The position numbers were made by a program, and so were the translations under genes. From Oculina patagonica (taxonomy: Eukaryota): a stretch of DNA of 64,000 bases. The stretch covers positions 11,532,001 to 11,596,000 of the forward strand of contig NC_135766.1 in NCBI RefSeq assembly GCF_052425735.1. Direction: 5' to 3'. Shown here one piece after another: positions 24,067 through 38,200 of the stretch. Numbering within the stretch: the first letter of the stretch is position 1; each line of letters begins with the position of its first letter. The notes beneath the pieces were generated by a model. The model made no database searches, had not been told where the DNA came from, and saw nothing but the letters and a program-made list of their open reading frames with translations.

Positions 24067-26105
24067 TACTAGCTTTTTATCAGTCAATCAATCATCATTG
24101 ACAAGTGAAAACCTTTATTTAATACACACAATAGAAATTCCAGCACTTACTTGAAAGTTAGTGTTACCCAAAAAAGCTAAGAAATATAATTGTATCACAA
24201 GCTGTTATATATTACCTAGTAAATATATGAACAGTAAGATTGTGTTTCAGTGAGGCTAAGACCATTTTTCCTAAAATCGCATGTTAACACATCAATGCGT
24301 CATGTGCACTACACTGAGTGTTGACACAATGCCTTGCAAGGCTAAAAAGGTTACATGAAATTACTAAAAATGTCCTTTGTACACTACACTGGGCGTCAAC
24401 ATGACAACATCTTGAGGTTATAAAAACTGAGTTACTGTACATGACCACTGGTATGATCGTGAGTAACAAAAATAATATCAAGCACACCTTTAGGTTAATA
24501 AAATATAAATGTGCCCTTTATACACCATGACACTGGGTGTTAAACGACATAGCACCTAACACTGCTAGTTTGCTTGCATGAAAAGCTTGATAATAAGTGT
24601 CCACACTTGTTGTCTACATGGCACCTATTAAAATTAAACTTCTCTTGTTATAATCCTGAATAACAGGTAATAAAATTGAGTGTCCATTGTACACCACACT
24701 GGGTGTTGACATGGACACCTTAAGTTGCTGTATGTATGAAAAGTTCCAATATGTCCAAGCACTCTTGTAATAACAATTGAGTCAGTCTGCTTTCAAGAAC
24801 ACTGCATCAGTTGCCAGGAACCACAGGGTAGTCAATCACTGAAAACTAATCAATATTTATAAACTGCCTAGTAAGAGCAGTTTTCAACAACAATGGCCAA
24901 ACACAACAAAATGTAAACAACATAATTAACCAATGAGAACTCAGAGCAAATACCATGCAGGTGACTACAGGGAATTGTGGAAAAGTGCACCTTCAAACTC
25001 CAAAACATTGAAATCAGGAGAGTAAATTTCCGAGGCTTGTTTAGATTGACTTATACAGTACTATTCTGACTAGTAGAGATGCAGGCATGCATGGCATTTG
25101 CTATTTGTGTGCTCTAGACCAAAAAAATCACCAAAACCGTTATTTGACCATGTGACTAATAGAACTACTTGAAAGAGCCATATTTATAGGCTAGCCTGCA
25201 AGCAGGCTTAACTGTGGGTCACGCATGTGAGCAGCAAAGCTGGGAGAAAGAGTTGGCTCCTGCTGGCTGGGTTCTCTCGCCGACTCATTCTCACAGCTTT
25301 GCCAGTTGTGTATGTGACCCCAAAGTGAGCCTCATTGCAGGCCATTTTGTAAGTATAAGGTTTTAAATTTTATTAAGAAATGATAGCATGTCAGAGGGTA
25401 TCACCGCAGTAAAAATTCTTGGGGGACCGTAATAGAGTATTACAGTAACTGTAACACTCCTTTGTGTATAAGCTTGGATTTAAAATTATCCTCAATTTTG
25501 AGGACAATTTTGAAGCCAAACATAATGCAATTGTGTATAATTTTCCTCAAAACTTCATTTCTCAAGATGTAATTCCCTTTTTGGATAACTTTTCAGCCTC
25601 TCGCTCTACTTTTCAATGATCACAGCAAGTAGTTAACTCTATTGTTAAGATATTAATAGCGAATTATCAAAATTGTTGATTGACTTCCCTGGGCTTAAAT
25701 TTGGCATCCAGTTGCTTTCCATCAAGTGTGGTCTGGTTGGGCTGCAAACAAAGATAAAGACATAATAATTATTATTTAGTAGGAAAATTAACAAATTAGA
25801 GATTGAAATGCTTGATGTTTTCATTATTAAACTAAATTCATTCAGTGTTTATGGGAATCAGTTATCATTTCATAATAAGTCATCAGAAATAATCAAGATT
25901 GTCCAGCTCAGTTATCTACAGTACCGCTCAGAAATAAGCGTCCCAAAATAAACGCTAAATACGCATATCCTTATGCACATACGCATGCATGTACATGTAT
26001 CATTGATTACATTTTCAGCAGACAAATTCCTAAAGCATTGATTGCAATAATTGCCCATTTACCAGTTTTCAATCAATTATAATATGTTATAACCAATGAT
26101 CAGTA

Positions 26106-27007
26106 CAGTAAAAACCCGCGTGCAAGAACATATACCTGCCAACTCTGATCACGCCTTAGGCGTGAGTCTCACGCCTGCGAGTTGAAAAGTTCGATCTCAC
26201 GCCAACTCACGCTTACGAACCAATTTCTCACGCCTAGTCGAAAAATGTGAGTTATTACAACCATAACTGACACACTTTCCAAAAATATGTAAACTCAAAC
26301 CAATGTAAGAAACGAAAACTCCATGTAAAATAAGTTAATGACAACACTTTCCCCGAAATCTCAGAGTTTCGACAAGAAAAGCATTGGGAACGAGGTCGTA
26401 TTTTGCAAAACACGTCCATGCAATCGGTTCGGGATATGTTTGAAACGTCTTCGGAATACTTTGGACGTCTTCAGAAAACTTCGGACATTGTTGTATCGCC
26501 TTCGGAAATCCTGGCACTCTCAGGATAAAAATCTCACGCCTTTGACCCAGAAAAAGTTGGCAGGTATAAGAACATAGGGATTTAAGAACCTTCTGGCAGA
26601 AATTTGCTTTTTTAATACCCCAAAATATAAGAACCTGTTTAGCCAAACAAATTCCAACAGGTTCTTATATGTGGGGTTTAACTATTTAATTTATATATTT
26701 TTTTACCAAAAACCAAAAAAGTGACAGATCTTGATGGAAAGATACATTTTATATACAGTACTGTATCATTGATCAATTAATGTTGTTGGACTTTTGGCAA
26801 CATGGGTACATTAATAAATATCTATAATGAAGAACAGACCAGATTTTATACTATTTTCTGATAATCAACAACAATGTCTACTCTGTAAAAATTAAGAACC
26901 TAATTAAGAACATACTTAGCCTAAACTGTCAATAAGTACCCCATAATACAAGAACCTGTTTTTCCAAACTCTGAAAAAAGTAGGTTCTTACACACGGGTT
27001 TTTACTG
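26106..27007. mobile_element. Tc1/mariner-pogo-like MITE (TA TSD) with a nested 8-bp-TSD element at 26132-26567
   Basis: ta-cagtaaaaacccgcgtg...cacacgggtttttactg-ta; nested atacctgccaact...agttggcaggtat with TSD aagaacat at 26124-26131 and 26568-26575. Confidence 0.8.
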
Positions 27008-27325
27008 TACTTCACTACAGTACTTTCTAATATTTTTTCGTTGAATCGCATTTAGCAAATGCAAGTTTGACCTGTTCAACCCCGGCCAGGCTTACAAACA
27101 CTGCCGCTCTGGTTATATTCTGGAACAACAGGCTGGATATTCAAGGATTACATGTACATGTCGCAATAATTTCATTTATTCTGTCGTCTATTAGTAACTG
27201 CTTTATGGAAAGATAGAACCCACAAAAATGACCTGCTCCCAACATGTGTCTTCATAGCTCAGTTGGTAGAGCACTGCACCATTATTGCGGAAGTCGTGAA
27301 TGGATTCGAATACCATTGAAGCACC

Positions 27326-27366
<41 letters not shown>

Positions 27367-27649
27367 GGGGGGGGGGCCGGCTTCTTTTTCCCCAGTTGCT
27401 TTACAATTGTAATTGGTAGGCTTGTGTCTTAATTTTTGTTTGGTAATAATTTTTGGTAATAATTTTGTTGAACACAGACAGGCCACAAGTGTGGGGTTTT
27501 TACAACTTTGGACCTTTAATTACATGTACCGGTACATGTAAACGAAAAATGCTAAATATATCACATTATATTCAGGGGACTGCAGGATTAAATTATAATG
27601 GAAATTCAAATAATGGAAAGATACAAAGAATGAATCAAACAATTCATAC

Positions 27650-30600
27650 CAGAAGCCAGGCTCAACATGAGCTTAACCAGTTCTTCAAACTGTTTCTCCC
27701 AGCTGTACTTCTCATCATAAGATGAACGCAGGATTGCAGCCTCCTCAAGCCTTGTCTTCCTGTCAAGTTTTCGCAACTTCTTGATTGCCTTGGCCCACGC
27801 CTTGGCATCCTCAGAATCCACAGTGGATGATGAACCAAACTTGACCTCTCTCAGGGCTTCGCCAAATCCTGAATCCCCATGTACCAGGATGGGCAGACCA
27901 GCAGATAACGCTGCAAGAGCCATCATTCCAAATCCCTGTTCACCTGAAGGCATGATGGCAAGGTCTACCTCGCAGAACAATCTTTTCAAATCTTCTTCAC
28001 TACTTGGAAGGCTTCGAAAGGTTAGCTGAGTTTTAGCAATACCACACTGGAGAAATTTCTTGACAAATTGTCCATGCTTTCCTTTTGCTGCACCAACATA
28101 CACAAGGTGATAAGCTTTGTCATTCAACTTTGCCACTGCTTCAGCGGCAGTGTTAAGTCCCTCTTGTTCAAAATTGTCAGGGTTACTACCACCAAAGATT
28201 AAGATGCGAAACTTTGTTCCATCAGTAGTAGCATGTTTAACATCAGAAAATTGTTCCAGTATACCTGGAGTTAGCGGGAAAATATCTTTGTTGCGGCAAC
28301 GGCGAGAAAATTCATCAGATGTCTTTGGTCCAATGGTAACAGGAAGATCAGCCATTTCACTCAGTCCAACATTTCCTCCGATTGTTAATCCAAAACGTTT
28401 GTTGCAAGCCAGTCTTAATTCTTCCAAGCATTCCAAATCAGTGAACCAATCTTCAAAAGAGTCAGATGCAACATAAATGCTCTTGCACTGGTGACGTTCC
28501 TTGAAAATTTGTGCAATTTTGCCAAACCTCTCACCTACACCAACTACAATGTCATTGGCGAGGTTTTGTGGTGGAAAGTTCAACCACTCAACAGGGTCAT
28601 CAAAACCTGGCTGTTTCTTTGCTTCAACAATGGTAACACCATAACTGGCAGCTTCTCTCTTGTAATTTTCAAACCATAATGTTTCTGGGACCAAGTAAGT
28701 GACTTGAACCTGTGAGAACTTTGCCAGTTGAATAGCCAACTCTCTGGATAAGAATGAAGAATCAAATAATGAAAAATGCCATTGGGCTGCCACGATGGTA
28801 ACTTTTAATGGATTGTCTGAGGTATACATGGAACTTCCATTGCATTGCTCTGTTATTTCTCCAACACAGCTTGAAGTCTTACCTGCGTAATGCTGCAACA
28901 GAGGAGCATACATGTATGTGTCACATTAGCTGACTCAGCATTAATAAGTATTCACATAAGTGACATGTTGCTGACATTTTATATTCAAAATAAATTGTAA
29001 GCTGAGTTTTTCATTAGAAATTGGATTTAAAACACTATCAAGTAGCATCTACAACATTAATTTACAAAATTAAATCTTAATGGCACTACACATACATGTA
29101 CATGCATACCTTTCGTCTCTCTTCTTAAGAAAAGAAGGAGGGAGCTGAAATCTTAAAGGTCAAATGAACAGAAATTTCGATTTTTTTTATTTTTTGCCCA
29201 TGTGTTTATTAAGAGCCAAATAAACATATCTTGAAGTTTCAAAGTAATCGGACATTGCATTGCAGAGATATTGCAAGTTGAAAAATGCTTTTTTCAGGCC
29301 TTCATAATCGTAGAGAGCTCGGAAAAATTGTCGGAAAATTGTCGGAAATAAAAACTTAATTGTGACGTCACATTTGGTGTTTTTGAAGACGACCGCAGAC
29401 CGATTCCCCAGACCGATCCTTAGTATTAAAATAAATGTGTTGAGTGACATTTCAAGCGGTTTTTTCGTTCTGTTTGGCCTTTTTTCAGTTGATTGTTTGC
29501 TGGTTGTTTTTCAGAAACGCACATTTTTTTTAAAAATAAAATAGCTTAAAGCTCAAAAATAGCTTAAACTTTTGTTTGCTGTCGTTTTGCATATCATGTG
29601 AGACATAGGTAGTTTACACGCTGGTATGAAAACAAATCAGGAATCTCTATTGTTCTTTCTCATTAGCATTTAACGAGCAAAAGGTTTAATAAGCAGAATT
29701 ATCTGCACGTGCGTTTATACCTCTGCATGTGCGTTTTGAATCTTGGCACATTTCAAAGCCGTTCTCTGCAAAACAACAACGTGAAATGACCAAATCCTGC
29801 GTATTTTGAACTACGTCAGCCACAACGGTTAATTTTTATTGGGGTTGAATGCTCTCTTTAAATATTCAGCGGGAGCTAGTTCTTAAAGTGATAAAAAAGC
29901 AGAATAATTCCGGAAAGTTGCGAGAATATAAAATATAAATTCATTTTCCATTAGGTCTACGTTGTCGTTGACGTTGCCGTCGTCGTTGCTTTTAGCTCTC
30001 TATTGTCTCGAACTTTGAAAACCAGTGCGGTCTGATCTGCAGAATCGGTCTGCGGTCGTCTTCAAAAACACCAATTATGACGTCACAAACTCGTTCCATT
30101 CCTTCCATTGCAGTGCGCAGTCATTCATTAAAAACGTTTTCGTGAAGCCTTGGGAAATCTTCGTATTTTTTGCTGTAATTCACGCTTTAAGGTCCGGAAA
30201 GCAAAATTTTTTTTAAATTTTACTCAATAATGGATAGTTTAAGTGTTTGGTTGGTTAAAATGGCATTTCAAAATTTCTGTTCATTTGACCTTTAATATCT
30301 GACAAAATGTCACAGAACATACATGTTTACTTTTATTTAATAAGTGGTAACTACACTGTACATGATAATAATTAATTGCCAGTGACATTTTCTTGTTGTA
30401 TTAAAGGACCCTAGTCAGCCTGTGCCATTTTCGATGTCATTGAAATTATGAAAACTGTTTGGTGAAGCGAAATCTTATTGTACTGCTGTAAGTTGTGTTA
30501 CTGGAAGTCTGTTTAATTACCTTAAGCAGTTTCACAGTGATCTCTTTGGTTTATACACGCTCCGCGTAAAATATTATACAGAAACTCTTGTATGTAGACA

Positions 30601-32841
30601 AAAACAAAGGCGTTGCTGACTAGGGTCCTTTGAAGGTGGTACATGTACCAATATACATCATCCTATAACTCAGTACAAGCTCGAGCAATTTGAATTGAAA
30701 GTCGCAAGTTGCGACGAGCAAACTGTCAATCAAAATCGGAACATTGCGCCACAACATCGTAAGGTTCCCATCAAAAGAAGATCCGGCTTGACTGTTATGT
30801 TTGAATCTAAAATAACTACTGTTAGAGTTATTTCTGTACATTCTACTGGTACAAGTAGAGTTATTTTAAAAAGTAAGAAAAGAATTGTCAAAAAGAGTTA
30901 AGGTAGTGATGAAAATGAATTTGAGCCATGCCCACCAAACAAGATTTTGGCACCATTTGGGCGTTTCTTTCAGTTTGGATGATCACTCTGCTAATTTAAT
31001 ATGAGATAACAAACTGGTCAATCTCTGGGGCCTTAACATAATGACTTTACTAGAGACACCCTAGTGCAACCGAATATGGTTCCTTTTTATGTACTGATCA
31101 AATTGAAATTTCAACATCCCAACTGCCCCAGGACAGGCATCTAAACTTAATTTTAAAAAGTGGTTTTTGAAATTCCCATACCCTGGGCCAGAAACGATGT
31201 TAAAACATTAGCCCGGGGTCATATCACAAACACAAATACCCTCACCCCAAGACATGCATGGCAACAATGAGGAACAGATACTGACTGGATTCCCTATCGC
31301 TGTTTTACAAACCAATAGAAAGTATGACCTTGATGGGTTTTCGTGAAAGTAAAATTTTATTTTTTTAAGCTAAAAAAGAAGTGACTTAGTTGGGACAATA
31401 CTTCCAAGGTCCAATATTCAGAAAATATTGGACTTGTGAAAGTTCACACAAAAAACACAAAATTACCAGTTAAGCTAATTTATATGCTAAATATCAAGAT
31501 GGCATCAATGGCACCACATCCAGCCAAATTTGTTCAAATTCCCTTTTCCATAGGGAGGGGGGTGAATAGGGGTACACAAATCCGCCGATCGTGCTATTTT
31601 TTGGCTAAATCCGTCAATCCGTTACCATTTTCATTCAATTCCAAATCCGCATTTCTTGTAAACTTTGTGTCGTATAGTTTCTCTTCAACGGACAGTAAAT
31701 GTTGTTTTCATGCCAATTTTTCAAGAAGATTCTTTTCATTGCTTGTTTTTGCAACAATTCCACCAACATACCGACGATGGCCGGATCCGGACGTCGTTTA
31801 GTATCCATGATAGGAACTTCCTGACATAAAAAGTCCGAAATCGGCTCCAAAATTCTCAGCTTACCCGCAATCCATTGTATTTTCGAAATAAGCGAATCCG
31901 CTCAATATTTTGCAAAAATCCACAATCCGTGCGCTTTTTAAGGTTAAGGTCATTGCCCTGTTTTGCATTGCGCATCCCTACTGCGCAGAATTTTACACGT
32001 AATTAGCGCGCGCGCGTGAGCACATCAACAAAATGGCGGCTTTTTTCTATGCGGCTTAGTCCTCGAGAGAAGTAAATTGTCACTTTCCCTTAAACGAGCC
32101 TGGTGACCTATCAATTTTTTCTCATATTTTGGGTGTAGCGATCAAATTCTTTCTGTAAAATGAAAACAGATCAATTCATGTGTTTGAAAAATAAAAAAGT
32201 GTACTTTGCCAGTACTCGCAGAGGAATTATAAAGGAATTATATGGAATATACATGGTCGTCCTGCTCCTAAACGAATCTGGTGACCCCCCTTTTTTATTT
32301 CAAAATTTAAGTTCCCTTGAAGTAATAAACCAGTAGGCGAAGTTTGGTTAAAAATCTATGTTCAGTTTTATTTCGGGGCAATGACCTTAAATCCGTCGAG
32401 CCGCAAACCTTTTCACCCAACCCTATATGATGTCAAATTCCCTACCCCCAAAAAACATTACAGTAACTGCCTATGTCAAATTCACGTCTATCAGAGAACA
32501 TCAACGAGTCAAATGCCAGCTTACGCCGAAGGGGAAATTATCAATATCTCTAAGTACTTACTGTACTACAAATTATGAAAAACAATTAGCGAGGGATTAC
32601 GGTTCTTCAATCAGAAAGGACTTCAGAAAGGTAAAACGGAAAAATAGTACATAATGAAATGATACCTAACCAAAATTTTCATTTAGATCACCTAAGCAGA
32701 AGGCTAAAGAAAAAAGTAAAGAACCCTGAATCTTACCAGTGTGTCCGGATGCGCATAAGTAACTGCAGGAGGACGAATCCAATGCTCATCTTCGACTTCT
32801 AGTCTTGGTATTTTCGAAGGAATGGCCTCTTCCTCGTCCAT
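27650..32841 (-). CDS. GT-B (GT4/Glycos_transf_1-like) glycosyltransferase-fold protein, paralog A; exons 32841-32737 and 28892-27650, 3' end uncertain
   Basis: Exon 1 MDEEEAIPSK...HPDTL ends at a GTAAG donor (phase 0). Exon 2 follows ttgcag (phase 0) and contains RELAIQLAK, DLAIMPSGEQGFGMMALAALSAGLPILV and YSWEKQ; it ends at a GTATG donor (phase 1). Confidence 0.8.
29157..30291. mobile_element. Kolobok-like non-autonomous element (TTAA TSD) in intron 1
   Basis: ttaa-aggtcaaatgaacagaaattt ... aaatttctgttcatttgacct-ttaa. Confidence 0.8.
31948..32386. mobile_element. Kolobok-like MITE (TTAA TSD)
   Basis: ttaa-ggtcattgccc ... gggcaatgacc-ttaa. Confidence 0.75.
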
Positions 32842-35288
32842 GTTACCAAGCTTTATACAGCTGATCCGTCTCTACATCTTGTAGTGTTTTCACAAATTTC
32901 TCATCTGTACCCAGACGTCTTTTCTGTTGTTCAACATGTAGCTAAAAGACCGAAAAAAGTGAAAACTATTCTGCGTGAGACGCGTACGACTCTGACACTT
33001 GCTTCGCCAAGCAGTTTTTTCAGCCACCCGGCAATTTCGTGCCCAGGGTCTTCTCCGTTTTAAAAAGAAATGAACTGATATTGTCCTGGCAAGGCTCCTG
33101 GCAACAATCCCTGGCAACATGTGCAAAGTGCGTGGAAATTATTCAAATAGGACCTTCAAAAGTGTGGAAAATTCGACTCAGATATTAAAGGAAATGTGGT
33201 CTTTTTGAGACGACATTTTCGCTTCATACTGACGGCTTCTTAATCTTAATAGAATATATATTCCAAAAGATTACATATCTCGCCTTACCGGTTTTGCTTT
33301 TCGCCGAGCTGGTTATGGGTTCGATTCCTCACCTGTGAACCATTTATATAAAAGATTGAGGTCTTTGAGGTCTTATTTATAAAGCCATAATATCAACTAA
33401 AAAATTGAATTTAGTGTTGCATTGAATCAAGAGATATTGCAAATTTCACGTGTAAAAAATTGCCTCCAGTTACTATAGACTGTACACAGTCCCCCTTTTT
33501 TCCAACACACAAAACACGAGAGAAACGGCGAGCGAAGCGTGCGTGAAGCTGGAGTCCAGTTTTCCCGCGATTCTTTTCCCGCATTCAACAATCGAAGAAA
33601 AATACGAACAAAGAGAGGGCTGTGAACAGTCTACGGGAACCTTATTCTTGTCGATTCTTTCTTATTTTCGTGCGTATTAGATTTCGCGATTTTCATGTTT
33701 TGGAAAAAAAAATGGCGAAAATTCATACTCGCGAAAATTAAGAGACAGATTCTGAATTTTTCGAGAATCGTCCGACAGAAAGGGAATTTCAATTTTATTT
33801 TTATTTGCCCCAAATAAACCTTTTAGTAAACTATTTTCGAAAATGACATTAAACGGTTCAGTTTCCTTTAACTTTTTTTAAAATTAAGAAAAGTTAAAAA
33901 TTCGAAAAGCAAATCCACCGTGGCGACCATTTTGGATGAAATTTAAGGTGTTTTCACGACACTCGTGTATACATACCAAACAACTACTCAGTATACCCTT
34001 TACACAGCTGTTTAGGTATCTCTTGAAGTTTATTTTCAGATATATTTTGTTTGAAAATATCACGTTTAAGAAAAGTTACGATCTTCGACAACCGACCCAT
34101 TTCTAGAACATAAACGACAGGGCGAATATTAGCTAACTTCAAGATTGTCAAAAGCGGTCTGGTATATTGTTTTGGAGTTAAAAAACAACACCAAATTGAA
34201 GCTAAACCTTTCTTCTCTCTGTCTGAAAAATATTACTGGTGGCCCGTAAAAACTGTTCCGCTGAGAGAATTAACCATAAAGGCTGTTTTTCGCTCTGACT
34301 CTCTCTATTTATAGTAACTATTTGTGAATTTGTCCCGAAATATAATTCTTCCTAGCGGCTTTTGTACCGTAAAGATCCCGATTAATGCCACGAAAGAACT
34401 TGAACGTTTAAACAGGTTTTAAAATTCAGTGTGCATCGGTCTTGGTAGTTGCCCTAGTATGAAAGAACAGCTTTCGTTGCGGGATTAGTAATTAGGAAGA
34501 TGTACGTTTCGGTCTCGACATTCTGTCTGGATGTGAACGGCGTGGTATAAATTAAATTAAAGGCAAATCACGCTTCTCATAGATAGAACAAAATAAAACA
34601 TAATCCGACCCAATTTACTTAAAACATGTTCATGCTACAAAATCCTTACTTGTGAGAGCGTGATATGATGGATAAATTTATAGAAAAGAGCCACAACTTA
34701 TCATGAAACAGGAAATATTATCTGTTTGTTTATTTCCGCTTCAAGTCCTTCAATAACTTGAGAATTAGTTAAGGCATTTGATACTGCGAAGCCGTCCTGC
34801 TTTCTTTTCACATCGGTCAAAAGAATGATCATTTATGCTAAAAAAAGTTGAATCGATCGATTTTATATGAAGAAAAAGAAAGTGACAAAATCCTTCGATA
34901 CAACGATTTTCCGTAAACATATTCATCACGCAAAATTTGTCATTCACAAACATCGTCTTCATTTCCTCGACTTTAATTTAAATACTTCATTTTCGGACAG
35001 ATGATTATAAAGCTTTAACACGTACCTTAATTCTTCCGCAGTGTATAAAATGAAAAGGACCCGCTTCTCGCCGATTATTAATTAGAGAGAAGGGACTTTT
35101 ACACCTAAAAGTTTTTTGTGTTGCGTGACAAAAACGCCAAAATACATGCATAGTTAATTAGATTCAGGAAAACAGTACGCAATATTTTTACGCTGTGGTC
35201 ACATTTCGCAGAATTTTTACTCTTTTTTGTGATCTACTTGTGAATGTTTTTTAACAACAAATACTTTTAGATATTATTTCTCGCCATT

Positions 35289-38200
35289 ATGGCGTGCTGT
35301 AGCTATTCGGAATTGGTGAGTGGGGATTGTGGATCAAGCCTTGATAACCCAACTAACATCAAATGTGTTACTTTACGCGAGTGCACGAAGGAAGTCTACA
35401 GTCACCTAGTTTTTTGCAAAGTTAGCGACGACAGCGAGATTGATACTGAATGGAAGTTATTGCTTGCAAGAGCAGGTAATGTGCAAAATTCGATGTATAA
35501 TGAGACTCATTTTTACAATATTTCACACTAACAATAATTCCGCCGGCAACAACAAGGAAATAATACCAAGTTTGTTGTTGTTTAGGTGTATTTGAAGTTG
35601 ATGAATCTCACCTAGCAATGAACATATGCCCTCGTCATCGGGACTTGTTTGGTGTGCGCTGGAGGTCTTCTAAGACAAACTGCACCATACCAGATGAAAT
35701 AGCTTCCCACAAATCAAAAGCGAAAGGCCTTTGTGGTTTACGGAGAAAGCAGTCACAATTTGTCTACCACAGAACCCAAAAGCTTATTCCAGTAGGGTCC
35801 AGTGAGTACCATGATGTTTTAAAGAAAACCATATATACGTACTAATTCAGTGGTGTTGTTTTAAAGTTAACCATATACACGTGCTAATTCAGTGGTTCAG
35901 TTGACCTGTTGACGGTTTAATTAAAATCCGGACAACAGACGATACAGCGTCTGATCATTGTAGTCCAGTCTTAACTCCTGTCACCCTGGCAATGTTATTA
36001 TCACACCAATAGGAGAATTTAAATATCCGTTATATATCTAAAATTGTTTTTGTACTTTATTAGAAATTTGCAAGCGATGTAAAGAGCATCTCACAGGAAG
36101 TTTGAGCATTGACGCAAGCTTTCAAAGTTTTCACGATCAGCCAGAGCTAGTGACACCAAATGTGATAGAGGAGCCCACTCCAAAGTCTTTAACAATTAAG
36201 GTAAGAATTTGAACAAACGGAATAATCATGCCTAACAGAATGATAGTTGTTATCTTAAGGCCATTTTCAGTGACACATTAATATATCAACCATGATAATA
36301 AAAAGAGGAGCTTAACGCGGTTTTCTTTCTTTGCAGGCACGTAAAGAAGTCTCAAGCTCGTCATCTGATGAATTAACCGAAGGCATCAGGGGCATTAAAA
36401 TTACTGACGAGAGCTACTTACTTTCCTCTGATGCTGGAAGCGAGGTGTCATCAACAACCGATGCGAGTGGGGCCTCTTCTGACGATTGCGCTCGCCGTCA
36501 GAAATTAAACGTGTTCTTAGAGGAGTGTGGAATCCAACCACTTGGAAGGGCGTGGCTTGCATGGCGTGAAATTAGCGAGAGAACAAAAGAGAGATATCTG
36601 AAGCAGACATCAGAGATCATGTCCTCAGTGCTTAGGGTAATTTCTTCAGAAAACTACCCTGATCTGTGGAAAGAACTGCAATCTTCATGCATTGTGAACG
36701 ATATGCTGGGCATAAGTCAAACAACTCTTCCCTCCGAGGTGGCCTACTTGGAAGCTCTTGCGGAGGCGTACAAATTGGCGAAGAGCTGGGATACCCGCCG
36801 ACAAGTATTGTCTACCATGGCTGGTGTGGCAAGTTTTAAGTCTATTTCAGAATATATCCCAGGGCTCACACGATACCGTTTTACTATGGCTAACCTGCAT
36901 GGCCTTCAGCATGGCCGGGGCGCCCAAGTCCCAAAGAAGAGCACTCCACATTTTCGAATAGACAGACAGCAGCTTGACCACTTTCTAAGTTTCATCACGA
37001 GCCCACATTTAATTCAGGATCTGCCTTTTGGGGAGAAGCACTTACAGCTGTCGAATGGGAAAGTGCTAACAGTGCCGAACGTAATCCGCACTATGATTCC
37101 CAATCGAATTGTGTTGCAGTATAAGCGTTTTTGCGCCGAAAGCAATTTCAAGCCATTTAGCGATAGCACTATGCTTCGAGTGTTATCCGAATGCAGTGCA
37201 TCAGTGCGAAAGTCGCTACAGGGTCTCGATTATTTAGCAGCTGATGGTTCACGCGCCTTTGATACCCTGGCAGAGATAATAGAGGTAGTCTCCTCCAAAG
37301 CAGATGGGGGCAAAAAGTGGGCAGATGAGATGCGAGAGACTCTAAAAGAGGGAAAATTTTATTTGAAAGGAGATTATAAGGTAAGGTTTGGCCTAGTCAG
37401 TTCCGGACTCTTTCTAGTAAGGGCGAGCGAAAAAGCGAACTTTTCCCAACCTCGCATCTTCGCTCACCACCAACTATCGATAGCCTGGAATAGACTATTT
37501 TCCAGGTAAATACACATCTCATACATATATGTTTGGATTTATCAAAACCAGGTCAAGGAAATTTTCACCGTTTTAAGTGCAAATCGCTGTAAACGCGTTT
37601 TTTCTCGCCAGAATCTCCAAACTCGATGATATAAAAACTAAAGGGAATGTCAGTCTTTTTTTCTCTTCTCCTCTCTCTTCTCTACCTTTCAGCGCTGTAT
37701 TTCTTTTTTCCCTTTCCTGTTGCGTTTTAAGCCAATTCCCGCAGTAACGTACTTTTTCAAGAATACTGACGTCAGACATATATATATATCCATTGTTTGA
37801 CTGTAGGTTCATGTTAATGATCAGTCACATGTGGCAGACCATTGTACTGTGTTCGCTTTGAGTGACAAATCTGATGCAGACTTCAGAAAGGAGTGTGACC
37901 ACAGTCACGACGAGGTATGTGACCAATGTGAGGCCCTCAGTGCTGCAGTAGAAGATATCAAGAAAGTTGTTCAGAATGCTGCTTTTGATTCAATTGACGA
38001 CAAAGAGGAGTATTTATACCTGTGTCACACCGCTGCGCATGCAATACAAGCGAAGAAATGCCACCAGTTAAGATCCGTCCGTCAAGACCAGGCTCGCCTA
38101 GATGTAATTGAAAGTTTAAATGAAGAAAGAGTGTTTATAGTGAGTGATTGGGCGATGAAATTTCTTCCACAAATGTTTCGAGAATCCCAGCAAGATTGGT

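Noticed and set aside
23002-24087. Signal peptide or transmembrane poly-Ile at the ORF start
   Set aside because: The poly-Ile is the translated (TAA)n microsatellite; the same applies to ORFs 1570-1764 and 47350-47771.
27250-27322. tRNA gene
   Set aside because: Degenerate stems and B box; looks like a tRNA-derived repeat followed by poly-T.
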